Assembly: GCA_035507305.1 (NCBI GenBank)
Contig: DATJOE010000017.1
Location: 1 to 63,112 of the forward strand
Origin: Solirubrobacteraceae bacterium
GTDB taxonomy: Bacteria > Actinomycetota > Thermoleophilia > Solirubrobacterales > Solirubrobacteraceae
Length of the DNA stretch: 63,112 nucleotides
Direction: 5' to 3'
Shown here: positions 26,751 to 37,208 of the stretch, in pieces
How positions within the stretch are numbered: position 1 is the first letter of the stretch
Layout of the letters: each line of letters begins with the position of its first letter
Translations under genes and position numbers: made by a program
The notes under the pieces: model-generated
What the model saw: only the letters and a program-made list of their open reading frames with translations
Told to the model about the DNA's origin: nothing
Database searches by the model: none

Positions 26751-28219
26751 GGGGACGCACGGTCGAGACGGACTTCTGCGTCGTGGGTGCGGGCGGCGGG
26801 GGCGCGGTGCTCGCAGCGGAGCTGGCGGAGGCTGGGGCGCGAGTCGTGCTGCTGGAGCAGGGGCCGGGTCACGACCCAGACGGCTTTACTGCTCGCCCGC
26901 CCGAGATGCTCGCGAGGCTCTATCGCGACGCGGGTCAGACGACGACGATCGGCTCGCCCCCGATCCTGCTCCCGCTCGGCAAGGGAGTGGGCGGGACGAC
27001 ACTCGTGAACTCGGGCACGTGCTTCCGTACGCCGCCCCACGTCCTGGCGCGCTGGAGGGCCGAGTTCGGGCTCGAACTACAGGACGCGGCGATCGACGCT
27101 TGTTTCGAGCGCGTCGAGCGCTCGCTGTCGGTCGGCGAGGTGACTCCGGAGCTCGCGGGCAAGAACGCCGCGGTCGCGCGGCGGGGGGCGGAACGGCTCG
27201 GCTGGTCGCACGGTTACCTCCGGCGCAACGCGCGGGGCTGCGTCGGTTCGGGCGTGTGCGTGTTCGGCTGCCCCACCTCGGCGAAGCAGCACACCGGCAT
27301 CACCTACATACCGCGCGCCCTGCGCGCGGGCGCCGAGCTGGTCACGAACGCCGATGTGCGCGAGCTGTCGATCGAAGGCTCACGCGCGCGTGGCGTCGTC
27401 GCTCGGGTCGGGTCTGGGCAGCGATTGGAGATCCGCGCGCAGGAGACGATCCTCGCCTGCGGCACGATTCACACGCCGCTGCTGCTCGCACGCAGCCGGG
27501 CGGCGAACGGCTCGAGACAGCTAGGGCGCAACCTCAGTCTGCACCCCGCGACCGCGGCGTTCGCGCTGATGGACGACGACGTGAACATGGCTCGCGGCGT
27601 GCCGCAGAGCTTCTACGTCGATGAGTTTGCGGACGAGGGGATCATGTTCGAGACAGTCGCTGGGCCGCCGGCCTATGCCGCGATGGCGCTTCCCCTGCAG
27701 GGGCGAGAGCACGCCCGGACGATGGCGCAATATCCGCGGCTCGCGCAGCTCGGGCTGATGGTGAGCGACTCTTCGCGTGGCAGCGTCCATGCGCTTGGGC
27801 GGCGCCCGGTGATCAGCTACAGCCTCGATACAGCCGACCTCGAACGCGTACGTCTCGGGCTGGCGCGGATCAAGCGGCTGCTGCAGGCGGCGGGCGCGAG
27901 CGAGGTCTATTTGCCGCTGCCGCCTGGACTCGCGCCGGAGATGGCGCGCCCTCGTGACCTGCGCCTGATGGCTTTTCACCCACTGGGCACCGCGCGAGCG
28001 GACGCCCGCGCGAGCCACGGCGTCGTAGATGGGGACCTCGCTGTGCACGGTCTGCGCGGGCTGCACATCGCCGATGGCTCGGTCGTGCCCAGCTCGCTAG
28101 GGGTCAACCCGCAGATCACGATCATGGCGCTCGCGACGCGGCTGGCATTTCACTTGCTCGGCCGGCCTGTGGCGCGGGAGCCGGCGCCTGCCTCCACCCT
28201 CGCCCCGACCGCTTCCTGA
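26747..28219 (+). CDS. GMC-family FAD oxidoreductase
   Basis: VVGAGGGG, GVGGTTLVNSG, CVGSGVCVFGCP, AFHPLGT and ADGS..P..LGVNPQITI motifs. Confidence 0.9.
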   Translation: MRGRTVETDFCVVGAGGGGAVLAAELAEAGARVVLLEQGPGHDPDGFTARPPEMLARLYRDAGQTTTIGSPPILLPLGKGVGGTTLVNSGTCFRTPPHVLARWRAEFGLELQDAAIDACFERVERSLSVGEVTPELAGKNAAVARRGAERLGWSHGYLRRNARGCVGSGVCVFGCPTSAKQHTGITYIPRALRAGAELVTNADVRELSIEGSRARGVVARVGSGQRLEIRAQETILACGTIHTPLLLARSRAANGSRQLGRNLSLHPATAAFALMDDDVNMARGVPQSFYVDEFADEGIMFETVAGPPAYAAMALPLQGREHARTMAQYPRLAQLGLMVSDSSRGSVHALGRRPVISYSLDTADLERVRLGLARIKRLLQAAGASEVYLPLPPGLAPEMARPRDLRLMAFHPLGTARADARASHGVVDGDLAVHGLRGLHIADGSVVPSSLGVNPQITIMALATRLAFHLLGRPVAREPAPASTLAPTAS

Positions 28220-28230
28220 AAGGAGCATCA

Positions 28231-28569
28231 ATGTCCTTCCTGATCGATCCCCCATGGCTGTACGCGACCGGTGTCGCATACGGCAAGCTGATGCCGGAGC
28301 GCACTCCCGCGGCGCGCGCTGTGCACACCGCGACCGCGGGGGCCTTCCTCGCGACGAGCATCTCGCTGTACCTCGACCGCCCCTGGACGCGGCCGATCTG
28401 GCGGTTGTGCCGCGCGGAGAGCGGGCGCGACTGGATGCTGAACTCGGGCGTGTTCTCGTTCGATCATCGCCGCGCAAGCGCACGCACGCACGCGGTCTCG
28501 GCGGCGCTGTTCGCGACCTATCCGTGGTGGCTTCTGCTCGGCGAACGGGTGGGCCGCCGCCGACGCTGA
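28231..28569 (+). CDS. Small hypothetical membrane protein
   Basis: AAGGAG RBS upstream; hydrophobic segments; FLIDPPWL, SGRDWMLNSGV and YPWW motifs. Confidence 0.75.
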   Translation: MSFLIDPPWLYATGVAYGKLMPERTPAARAVHTATAGAFLATSISLYLDRPWTRPIWRLCRAESGRDWMLNSGVFSFDHRRASARTHAVSAALFATYPWWLLLGERVGRRRR

Positions 28570-28577
28570 GGTACTGG

Positions 28578-30218
<1,641 letters not shown>

Positions 30219-30304
30219 CGGCGCAGGATCTTAGCCGCGCGCAGGCTCGCGCCACGTTCGCCCACCCCTCGGCCCCCTCTTCGGACCCCGGCTTCGTCGC
30301 TCGG

Positions 30305-30961
30305 TTATGGGCCTGTCGAGAGCGTCCAGAGCACGTTGACGCGGTAGATCTCTTCGTTGGGGGGCGCGCGCAGCGTGGTCGGCGCCGCGAGCGCGAGGCT
30401 GCCGGCGGAGAACCCGTTCGCGCCCCAGACGCCTTCACCCGAGAGCAATCCCGTGGCGTCGGAGGCGATCTTCACGGGGCTTGCGCTGTCGATCGCGCAG
30501 GGGCTAGAGCATTCGAGCGTGGGGGCGGTGCCGAGGCCGCCCGTAAAGCTCGCCCCGGAGCTATCCAGGGTGAGCGAACCCGCGGGGAGCGTCGCTCCGC
30601 CGGAGACGTAGCCTTCCGCGTCGGCACCGCATTTCGCTTTCGCGCAGTACTGCGCGAACACAGGGCTGTGGCCTGCTCCGGACTGACCCTGGACCGTGAG
30701 GTTCCAGCCTGATTTCGTCAGACGCGTGTCTTCGATGGAGAACGGCGTCATCGCGGTGCCGTCGATCTGGGCACGGGCATTCAGCGTCAGCGAGGGAAGC
30801 GGCGGCAGGGCGGGGGGTTGCACGAAGCGCAGTTCGAGCAGCGCGGCGGCTGGCTGCGCTAACGCCAAGCCCGTCGCGAGGACGAGCGCGCTTAGCGAGA
30901 GGCACGGTCGCGCGAGCGCGATCCGCGCGAGACGGCTCGCGACACCGAGCCGCGGGCGCAT
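30305..30961 (-). CDS. Secreted WxL-domain cell-surface protein (paralog 2)
   Basis: Signal peptide ending AQPAAA; EDTRLTKSGWNLTV; terminal YRVNVLWTLSTGP matching the YxxxLxWxLxxxP signature. Confidence 0.8.
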   Translation of the reverse strand: MRPRLGVASRLARIALARPCLSLSALVLATGLALAQPAAALLELRFVQPPALPPLPSLTLNARAQIDGTAMTPFSIEDTRLTKSGWNLTVQGQSGAGHSPVFAQYCAKAKCGADAEGYVSGGATLPAGSLTLDSSGASFTGGLGTAPTLECSSPCAIDSASPVKIASDATGLLSGEGVWGANGFSAGSLALAAPTTLRAPPNEEIYRVNVLWTLSTGP

Positions 30962-30962
30962 C

Positions 30963-32117
30963 TCATCGAGGCGCCCCATCGCCGTGTGCGATGCCACGTG
31001 CGGGGGAGCCGTCACGCCGCCGCCGCAGCAGCATGCTCGTCGCGACCAGGCAGTAGAGGCCGACGGCGACGGCTAGCCCGACCTTCCACCACTCGCCACC
31101 TCCGTCTCCCGCCCCAGGGCCACCGAAGCTCTGCTGTACGAGCGCGGCGCGGTGGCCGAACGTGACGGACCGGTCGAGCTTCGCGACGCCGCCCGGGTAG
31201 CGCAGTGTGGCCCTTACGCGGTAGCGGGTCCCTTCGGGAGGCTGCTCGCCGAAGGCGGGGACCGGGTAGGCGATGCTCGTGCCCGCGAGGAACGTGCCTG
31301 CGAGAATTGGCCGCGAGATCACGGTGTGTCCCGCGCGCGTGATCGCGACTTTGCCGTGGACGTCCTGGAGGGTCGCATTGCCGGAGTTGCGCAGCTTCAG
31401 CGCGAACGTGAGCCCGGCGGGCTTGCGTTCGACGGTCGCGCCCTTGAAGCGGATCTTCGGCCGGCGCGCGCCCGGCAGCGAGGTCTCGATCCCGATCGCG
31501 TAGCGGACCACGCTCGCGGTCGCGACGCCCTCACCCGCGGCGTGGACGTCGGCGGGCTGACCCTGCTCTTCGATGCTCACGCCGCTCAGGCGGTCGCCGG
31601 GCGACGCGTTGCTCGGGATGCGCACCGCGACGTCGACAAAGGTGTGATCGTGGGGCGGGAGCACGACGCTGCGCGCGCCAAGCAGCAGCCACCGCGTCGA
31701 GCCGTGCGCCGCGGAACCTCCGGGGGCGTACGCCGATCCGAGCGTGTCGAGCGTGCGCCCGTCCACGGGCGCGAGCTTCGCGCGCACAGTCCGTTCGCCG
31801 GGGTTGAGCAGTTCGATCGCACCCGCTTGAACCGTCTGGCCGGGGATGCCTTCCAGCTCGAAATAGCTGAGCTCGGGATTCGTCGCCGAGCGGGGGATCA
31901 CGACGAGCCCGCGCTGGGATTCTTCTTCGCCGCCCGCGCCGTGGGTTCGGCCGCCGCGGTACTCGTGCCTGTGCTTGTGTGCACGATGCTGGTGGCGATG
32001 GGTCGCGCGCTTGTGCGCGGCGCCGCCGTCGCTCGCGGCGAGGCTCGGTGTCGAGGGCAAGGCCAGGGCCAGCAACGCCGCGAGGGGCGCAACTCGGATG
32101 AGAGCCACCGGCTTCAC
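30963..32117 (-). CDS. WxL-interacting protein (DUF916/DUF3324-like) with C-terminal membrane anchor
   Basis: Signal peptide, His-rich linker, SYFELEGIPGQ, VRIPSNASPGDRLSG, LRNSGNA, then a TM helix followed by RRRR; GTGA coupling to the upstream WxL gene. Confidence 0.72.
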   Translation of the reverse strand: MKPVALIRVAPLAALLALALPSTPSLAASDGGAAHKRATHRHQHRAHKHRHEYRGGRTHGAGGEEESQRGLVVIPRSATNPELSYFELEGIPGQTVQAGAIELLNPGERTVRAKLAPVDGRTLDTLGSAYAPGGSAAHGSTRWLLLGARSVVLPPHDHTFVDVAVRIPSNASPGDRLSGVSIEEQGQPADVHAAGEGVATASVVRYAIGIETSLPGARRPKIRFKGATVERKPAGLTFALKLRNSGNATLQDVHGKVAITRAGHTVISRPILAGTFLAGTSIAYPVPAFGEQPPEGTRYRVRATLRYPGGVAKLDRSVTFGHRAALVQQSFGGPGAGDGGGEWWKVGLAVAVGLYCLVATSMLLRRRRDGSPARGIAHGDGAPR

Positions 32118-32764
32118 GGCCCCGTGCCGAGCGTCCACAGCAGGTTCACGCGGTAGACCTCTTCGGTGGGCAGCACTTTCAAGGTCGATGGCGTCGAGAG
32201 TGCGAGGCTCGTGCCCGAGAAGCCGCTCGTCAGCCACGTGCCCATCCCGGCCCCGCTCGCGGCCGAAGCGATCTTCACGGCCGTGGGGTTGTCCACATTG
32301 CAAGACGCCGAGCACTGGAGGGTTGGCGCGGTGCCGGTCGTACCGCTCTGCGCCACGAAGCTCGCGCCGGTGCTGTTGAGCGTAAGCGAGTCCGTCGCGA
32401 GCGTGCGCCCGCCCGCGACGTAGCCTTCGGAGTCGGTGCCGCATTTTGCTTTGCCGCAGTACTGGGCGAAGACGGCGCTCTTCCCGGTGCCGGACTGGCC
32501 TTCGACCGTGACGTTCCAGCCTGAGCCGCTGCCGGTCGCGTCGGCGATGCCGAAGTTCGTCATTGTGCTGTTCGTCGTCTGCGCTTGGCCCGTGAGCGTG
32601 ACTGAGCCGAGTGTTGGCAGTGCGGGCGCCGAAGTGAAAGAGAGCGATCCCGCGAGCACCGCGAACTGCGTGTGGTCTTCCTGGGTCGCCGCCGAGCCAG
32701 CGGGCGCGAATGCCAGCGCTAGCGCGGTCGCCGCGAGTCCGATGCATGTGGCCTTCCTTGTCAT
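32114..32764 (-). CDS. Secreted WxL-domain cell-surface protein (paralog 1)
   Basis: Signal peptide MTRKATCIGLAATALALAFAPAGSA; AGSLSF, DATGSGSGWNVTV and terminal YRVNLLWTLGTGP. Confidence 0.82.
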   Translation of the reverse strand: MTRKATCIGLAATALALAFAPAGSAATQEDHTQFAVLAGSLSFTSAPALPTLGSVTLTGQAQTTNSTMTNFGIADATGSGSGWNVTVEGQSGTGKSAVFAQYCGKAKCGTDSEGYVAGGRTLATDSLTLNSTGASFVAQSGTTGTAPTLQCSASCNVDNPTAVKIASAASGAGMGTWLTSGFSGTSLALSTPSTLKVLPTEEVYRVNLLWTLGTGP

Positions 32765-32937
32765 TGGGCACGCTCCCGTGTTGGATGCCGTGATGACTCT
32801 AAGTTCCAGATACCGGATCTTGATCGGTAAGTGGACAGATGAACTTGAGTCCTTGTCCACGGCCTCGAATCGCCGTCCGACTTGCGGACACAGGCCGGTG
32901 GAACGGGTAGGAGCCGTAGTTAGGCGCCGCCGGCGAT

Positions 32938-32953
32938 CCGCCCGGAAGGGCGG
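32938..32953 (-). terminator. GC hairpin directly after the 32955 stop (possible U-less terminator)
   Basis: CCGCCC-GGAA-GGGCGG on the + strand; no T-tract. Confidence 0.35.
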
Positions 32954-32954
32954 G

Positions 32955-33863
32955 TCAGGCGCGCGAGAACGGGCGGTGGTGCGCGGCGCCGAGGCTGTCC
33001 AGCACACCGACGAGAACCGCCGTGACCTGCTCAGTGGCGGCTTCTTCCGCGGCGCGCAGTTCTCCACCGATGTCGGGTTGGGACTCGGCATCGACGCGGG
33101 GGCGAGGCTCCGTGTGCGTCATCTCAGGCTCATCCACCCGGTCCGCTTGCGGCTCGGGATCGGGCGCGGTGCTTTGCTCGGGCTCGGCGTGCTCGCCCGC
33201 GGCCAGTGCCGAGGACGGCTCGACTACCGGGATCTGCGATTCCGCGGTCTCCTCGTGGACGTGAGTCTCGCCGGGCTCGTCTTTCAAGTTCGCTTCGGCG
33301 ACCAATCTGGCGATTTGCCCTCGGCGTGCCCGGCGGCGGCTGAACAGACGGGCGAGGAATCCGCGACGAGGCTCGACCTCGACCGGCGCGGGCGCCTCGG
33401 CCTCGGGCGCGGTCTCCGGCGCGGGCGCCTCGACTTGGGGGTCCGCGTCGGTCGCTTCGATCTCCGAACTGGGCTCCGCTTCTGCACCGGGCTCGGGCGT
33501 CGCGTCGGTGCCGGGCTGGGGTGCCGCCTCGTCACCGGGCTGGGGTGCCGTCTCGGTGCTGGGGTCGGAAGCCGCCTCGATCTCGGGTTCGGGTGACGCC
33601 TCCGGCTCCGCTGTCGCGACCCCGGCGGCCAGCTCTCGCGTGACGCTCAGCTTGACCTTGGTGCCCCAACCGGAGGGCTTGATCATCACGCTGCCGCTCA
33701 CCTCGTCGGCCTCCCACTCGACCTTCTGCTCGGCCTGGACCCGCGTGATGCGAATCTCGCCGAACTCACCGAGGTGTCGGGCGAGCGACTCGGGGTCGCT
33801 GATCTCGGCCCACAGCTCGGGCGGCGACTTGACGAGCGTCCGCTGCACCTCCGAGGAGATCAT
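32955..33863 (-). CDS. Hypothetical protein: SRPBCC-like N-terminal domain, acidic Pro/Glu-rich linker, compact C-terminal motif
   Basis: RTLVKSPPELWAEISD..WGTKVKL, then low-complexity EPE/PQPG repeats, ending LDSLGAAHHRPFSRA. Confidence 0.75.
   Translation of the reverse strand: MISSEVQRTLVKSPPELWAEISDPESLARHLGEFGEIRITRVQAEQKVEWEADEVSGSVMIKPSGWGTKVKLSVTRELAAGVATAEPEASPEPEIEAASDPSTETAPQPGDEAAPQPGTDATPEPGAEAEPSSEIEATDADPQVEAPAPETAPEAEAPAPVEVEPRRGFLARLFSRRRARRGQIARLVAEANLKDEPGETHVHEETAESQIPVVEPSSALAAGEHAEPEQSTAPDPEPQADRVDEPEMTHTEPRPRVDAESQPDIGGELRAAEEAATEQVTAVLVGVLDSLGAAHHRPFSRA
33488..33566. repeat. ~24 bp degenerate coding tandem repeats (PQPG-type 8-aa units)
   Basis: CCGGGCT(C/G)GG.. units recur every 24 nt about three times. 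Confidence 0.6.
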
Positions 33864-34068
33864 CTTCCACCAGTTCGAGCGATCGTGAGCGAGTCCTCCT
33901 GGGGGGACAACCCTTGCTGGTGGGCCCTGGAAACCACGCTTGAAAGCGCCGTAGTCGTCTATGCGTACCGGCCCCTAGGACATCTGTCCACGCAATTTTT
34001 CAACCGCCCAGGGCTTGGATCGGTCAAATGGTCGCGTTTAGCGGGATTTTGGACGATAGGGGAACGGC

Positions 34069-35550
34069 ATGCTCGACACGCTCCACCTGCCTCAGCTGAG
34101 CGAGGTGCGTCGCTGGCCCAGGCTCGGGTCGCGCGCGACGCTCGTACTCGCCGCTGTGCTGTTCGCTGTCGTCTTCACACTGCGGCTCCTCGACAAGAAC
34201 GTGAACGACGCCGAGGGTGCGCTATTCATCATCCCCTTGATCGTGCTTGCGCTGCGCTTCGGCCTGCGTGGCGCATTGTCCGGCTCGCTCGTCGCGCTCT
34301 CGCTCGTGTTCCTCTGGTCGCATCTGGAACCGGAAGTGCACCTGCTCACCACGGCTTACCTCGTCCGCGCGGTCACGCTGTTCACCGTGGCGGTGATGCT
34401 CGGGACGTTCGTCGAACGCCGACGTGGCTTGGAAGCGAGCATCTTGCGCTACTACGACGCCTCGCTCGACCTGCTCGCCACGGGCAACGTCGACGGGCGG
34501 CTGACGCGTGTAAACCCCGCCTGGCAGCGCACGCTCGGCCACTTGCCCGACGCGCTGTACGCGAAGCAGTTCCTCGCGTTCATCCATCCTGATGACCGCG
34601 ATACGACCCTCGCCGAGATGCACGGCTTGGCCAAAGGCGGCGAGATAGTCGGCTTTCGCAGCCGCTTCCGAACCGCCGACGGCGGCTACCGGTGGCTCGA
34701 GTGGAGCGCTGCAACGCCTGGCTCGGATGGCGTGATCCACGCGGTCGCTCGCGACGTAACCGCCCAGCACGAAGCCGAGCACCAGCTCGCCGACAACGCT
34801 CGCGCGCTCGAAGTGATGATCGCCGAGCGCACTCGAGAGTTGGACGAGGCGCGCGCCGAGACGCTGCGCCAGCTAGCGATCGCCGCCGAGTACCGCGACG
34901 ACGAGACCTACCAGCACACCGAGCGCGTCGGCCACGTCGCCTCGCGCCTCGCGCTCGGCCTCGGCCTGCCGGCGGGCCAGGTCACTTTGCTGCGCCAGGC
35001 CGCGCCTTTGCACGACGTGGGCAAGCTCGCGATCCCCGACCGCATCCTGCTCAAGCCCGGCAAGCTGACCGAGCAGGAGTTCGAGGTCATGAAGACCCAC
35101 GCCGAACTCGGCGCGCGCCTGCTCTCCAGCGGCAGCTCGCCCGTGTTGCAGATGGCCGCCACGATCGCCGCGACGCATCACGAGCGCTGGGACGGCGGTG
35201 GCTACCCGAAGGGGCTCGCGGGCGAGGCGATCCCGCTTGTCGGGCGGATCGTCGCGGTTGCGGACGTATTCGACGCGCTGATCCACGACCGCCCCTACAA
35301 GCCCGCCTGGCCGATCGAGCGCGCGATTGCCGAGATCGGCCGCGTAGCCGGGACTCAGTTCGATCCGCGCGTCGTCGCCGCGTTCCTCGCGCTACGCGAG
35401 GATCTTGGCACGATCCGCGAGGACTTCGACGAGCAGTCCGGCGAGGAGCGCTCCGCCCTCAGTGAGCTGTCAGTCGTGCCGCTGCCGCGCCGTACCGAGG
35501 CATACCTCGAACTGGTCGACCGGCACGCTCCGCGCGCGAGCGTCGGCTAG
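34069..35550 (+). CDS. Membrane-anchored PAS + HD-GYP cyclic-dinucleotide phosphodiesterase
   Basis: Several N-terminal TM helices; PAS (VNPAW..FIHPDD..YRWLEW); HTERV, LHDVGK, HHERWDGGGYP, ADVFDAL..RPYK and GTQFDP. Confidence 0.92.
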   Translation: MLDTLHLPQLSEVRRWPRLGSRATLVLAAVLFAVVFTLRLLDKNVNDAEGALFIIPLIVLALRFGLRGALSGSLVALSLVFLWSHLEPEVHLLTTAYLVRAVTLFTVAVMLGTFVERRRGLEASILRYYDASLDLLATGNVDGRLTRVNPAWQRTLGHLPDALYAKQFLAFIHPDDRDTTLAEMHGLAKGGEIVGFRSRFRTADGGYRWLEWSAATPGSDGVIHAVARDVTAQHEAEHQLADNARALEVMIAERTRELDEARAETLRQLAIAAEYRDDETYQHTERVGHVASRLALGLGLPAGQVTLLRQAAPLHDVGKLAIPDRILLKPGKLTEQEFEVMKTHAELGARLLSSGSSPVLQMAATIAATHHERWDGGGYPKGLAGEAIPLVGRIVAVADVFDALIHDRPYKPAWPIERAIAEIGRVAGTQFDPRVVAAFLALREDLGTIREDFDEQSGEERSALSELSVVPLPRRTEAYLELVDRHAPRASVG

Positions 35551-36584
35551 GCCGATACGCCCGCGCGGGCCGAGAGCAGCCCGCGACGGTCGAGCAGCTC
35601 GGCGAGCTGCACCGCGTTCGTCGCCGCACCCTTGCGCAGGTTGTCCGCGACGATCCACATGTCGAGCGCGCGCTCGTGACCAGGATCGCGGCGGATGCGA
35701 CCGACGAACACGTCGTCCTTGCCGTTCGCGTCGATCGCCAGCGGGTAGAGCGCTGCAGCCGGGTCGTCGAGCACCGTCACACCTGGGGCCGCGGCCAGCA
35801 GCTCGCGTGCTCGCTCGGGCGAGAGCTCGGCGCGGGTCTGCACGTTGACCGCCTCGGAGTGACCGTTCACGACCGGCACCCGCACACACGTCGCCGAGAT
35901 CGCGATCTCGGCGTCGCCTAGGATCTTGCGCGTCTCGTTGATCAGCTTGCGCTCCTCGTCGGTGTGGTCATCTCCCGCCGCGAAGCCGCCCGCGTGGGGC
36001 AGCGCGTTGAACGCGATCTGGTGCGCGTATGACTCGGGCTCGGGGATCGCTTGCTCGTGCAGCAGCGCGTGGGACTGGTCGAGCAGCTCGTCCACTGCAC
36101 GCTTGCCCGTGCCCGACACCGCCTGATAGGTGCTGATCACGAGGCGCTCGATACCCGCCGCGTCGTACAGCGGCTTCAGCGCCACGACCATCTGCATCGT
36201 CGAGCAGTTCGGGTTCGCGACGATTCCGCGGTGTGTCTCCAGCGCCTCGGGGTTGACCTCTGAGACGACTAGCGGCACGTCGTCATTCATGCGCCAACGC
36301 GAGGAGTTGTCGACCACGACGGCGCCCGCCTCTGCGAAGCGCGGAGCCCATTCGCCGGAGGTCGAGCCGCCCGCCGAGAAAATCGCCAGGTCAAAGCCCT
36401 GGATCGAGTCCACGCTCAAGCCCTGCACCACGAGGCCGCCTTCCAGCTCGCGCCCCGCCGAGCGCTCCGAGGCGAACGGCACGATCTCGCGCGCCGGGAA
36501 CTCCCGCTCGCGCAGCAGCTGGAGCATCAGCGTGCCGACCTGTCCCGTCGCGCCAACGACCGCGACTCTGTAGCCCTCGCTCAT
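35547..36584 (-). CDS. asd: Aspartate-semialdehyde dehydrogenase
   Basis: VVGATGQVG, DNSS, ANPNCST, TYQAVSGTG and DNLRKGAATN motifs. Confidence 0.97.
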   Translation of the reverse strand: MSEGYRVAVVGATGQVGTLMLQLLREREFPAREIVPFASERSAGRELEGGLVVQGLSVDSIQGFDLAIFSAGGSTSGEWAPRFAEAGAVVVDNSSRWRMNDDVPLVVSEVNPEALETHRGIVANPNCSTMQMVVALKPLYDAAGIERLVISTYQAVSGTGKRAVDELLDQSHALLHEQAIPEPESYAHQIAFNALPHAGGFAAGDDHTDEERKLINETRKILGDAEIAISATCVRVPVVNGHSEAVNVQTRAELSPERARELLAAAPGVTVLDDPAAALYPLAIDANGKDDVFVGRIRRDPGHERALDMWIVADNLRKGAATNAVQLAELLDRRGLLSARAGVSA

Positions 36585-36648
36585 GCGCTCAGCGTACAGA
36601 GCGCGCTGTCTTTCGCAAGCGCCTCCGTGTGCGGGTCGACGCGCTCGG

Positions 36649-37143
36649 CTAGGCGCCGGTCTGCGCGGTCATGAAATAGATCGTCAGCAGGATCAACACG
36701 TTCGCTGCGAGGTTCACGCGGAACATCTGCGTGCGGATGCGTGTGTACTCCGCGCCGAACTGCACCGGCCCGTCGGGCGCTGCCGCCGCGATGTCCTGCT
36801 CGGCAAGCTCCGCGAGGCGCCGCTCTTTCGGTGCGAAGTAGGCGCCGCCAAGCGCCCCCAGCACCACGATCACCGTGATCCCCCACTGCACGTAGAAGTC
36901 GCTCCAGGTGTGCAGCTTGCTCGCAAGGTAGATGCCCGCCAGCAGCGCCAGCCCCAGGAACGGTGAGATTACGAATTTGCCCACGCTGTCCTGGATGCGG
37001 TGGAACCCCGGCATCGAGCGCGCCTCCGTGCGCACGCCCACCGCGTACATCACCGGGTAGGCGAACGTCACCCCGAACGCGATCACGACCGAGGCGATGT
37101 GAATCGCGAGCGCGAACGTGTAGAAGGTCACCGCGACGACCAC
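36649..37143 (-). CDS. DUF2269-like integral membrane protein
   Basis: About 4 TM helices; HIASVVIAFG, LAGIYL and IYFMT; GTG 37143 has TAGGAT upstream. Confidence 0.7.
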   Translation of the reverse strand: MVVAVTFYTFALAIHIASVVIAFGVTFAYPVMYAVGVRTEARSMPGFHRIQDSVGKFVISPFLGLALLAGIYLASKLHTWSDFYVQWGITVIVVLGALGGAYFAPKERRLAELAEQDIAAAAPDGPVQFGAEYTRIRTQMFRVNLAANVLILLTIYFMTAQTGA

Positions 37144-37208
37144 GGGCGGAATCCTATGCACCCGGGCGGCGCGGAAGTTGCCCGGGTGGAATGTTCGCGT
37201 GACTCGCC

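Noticed and set aside
32118-33091. Long N-terminal extensions of the WxL and DUF916-type ORFs in the track
   Set aside because: They overlap neighbouring genes; signal peptides begin at ATG 32764 and GTG 32117.
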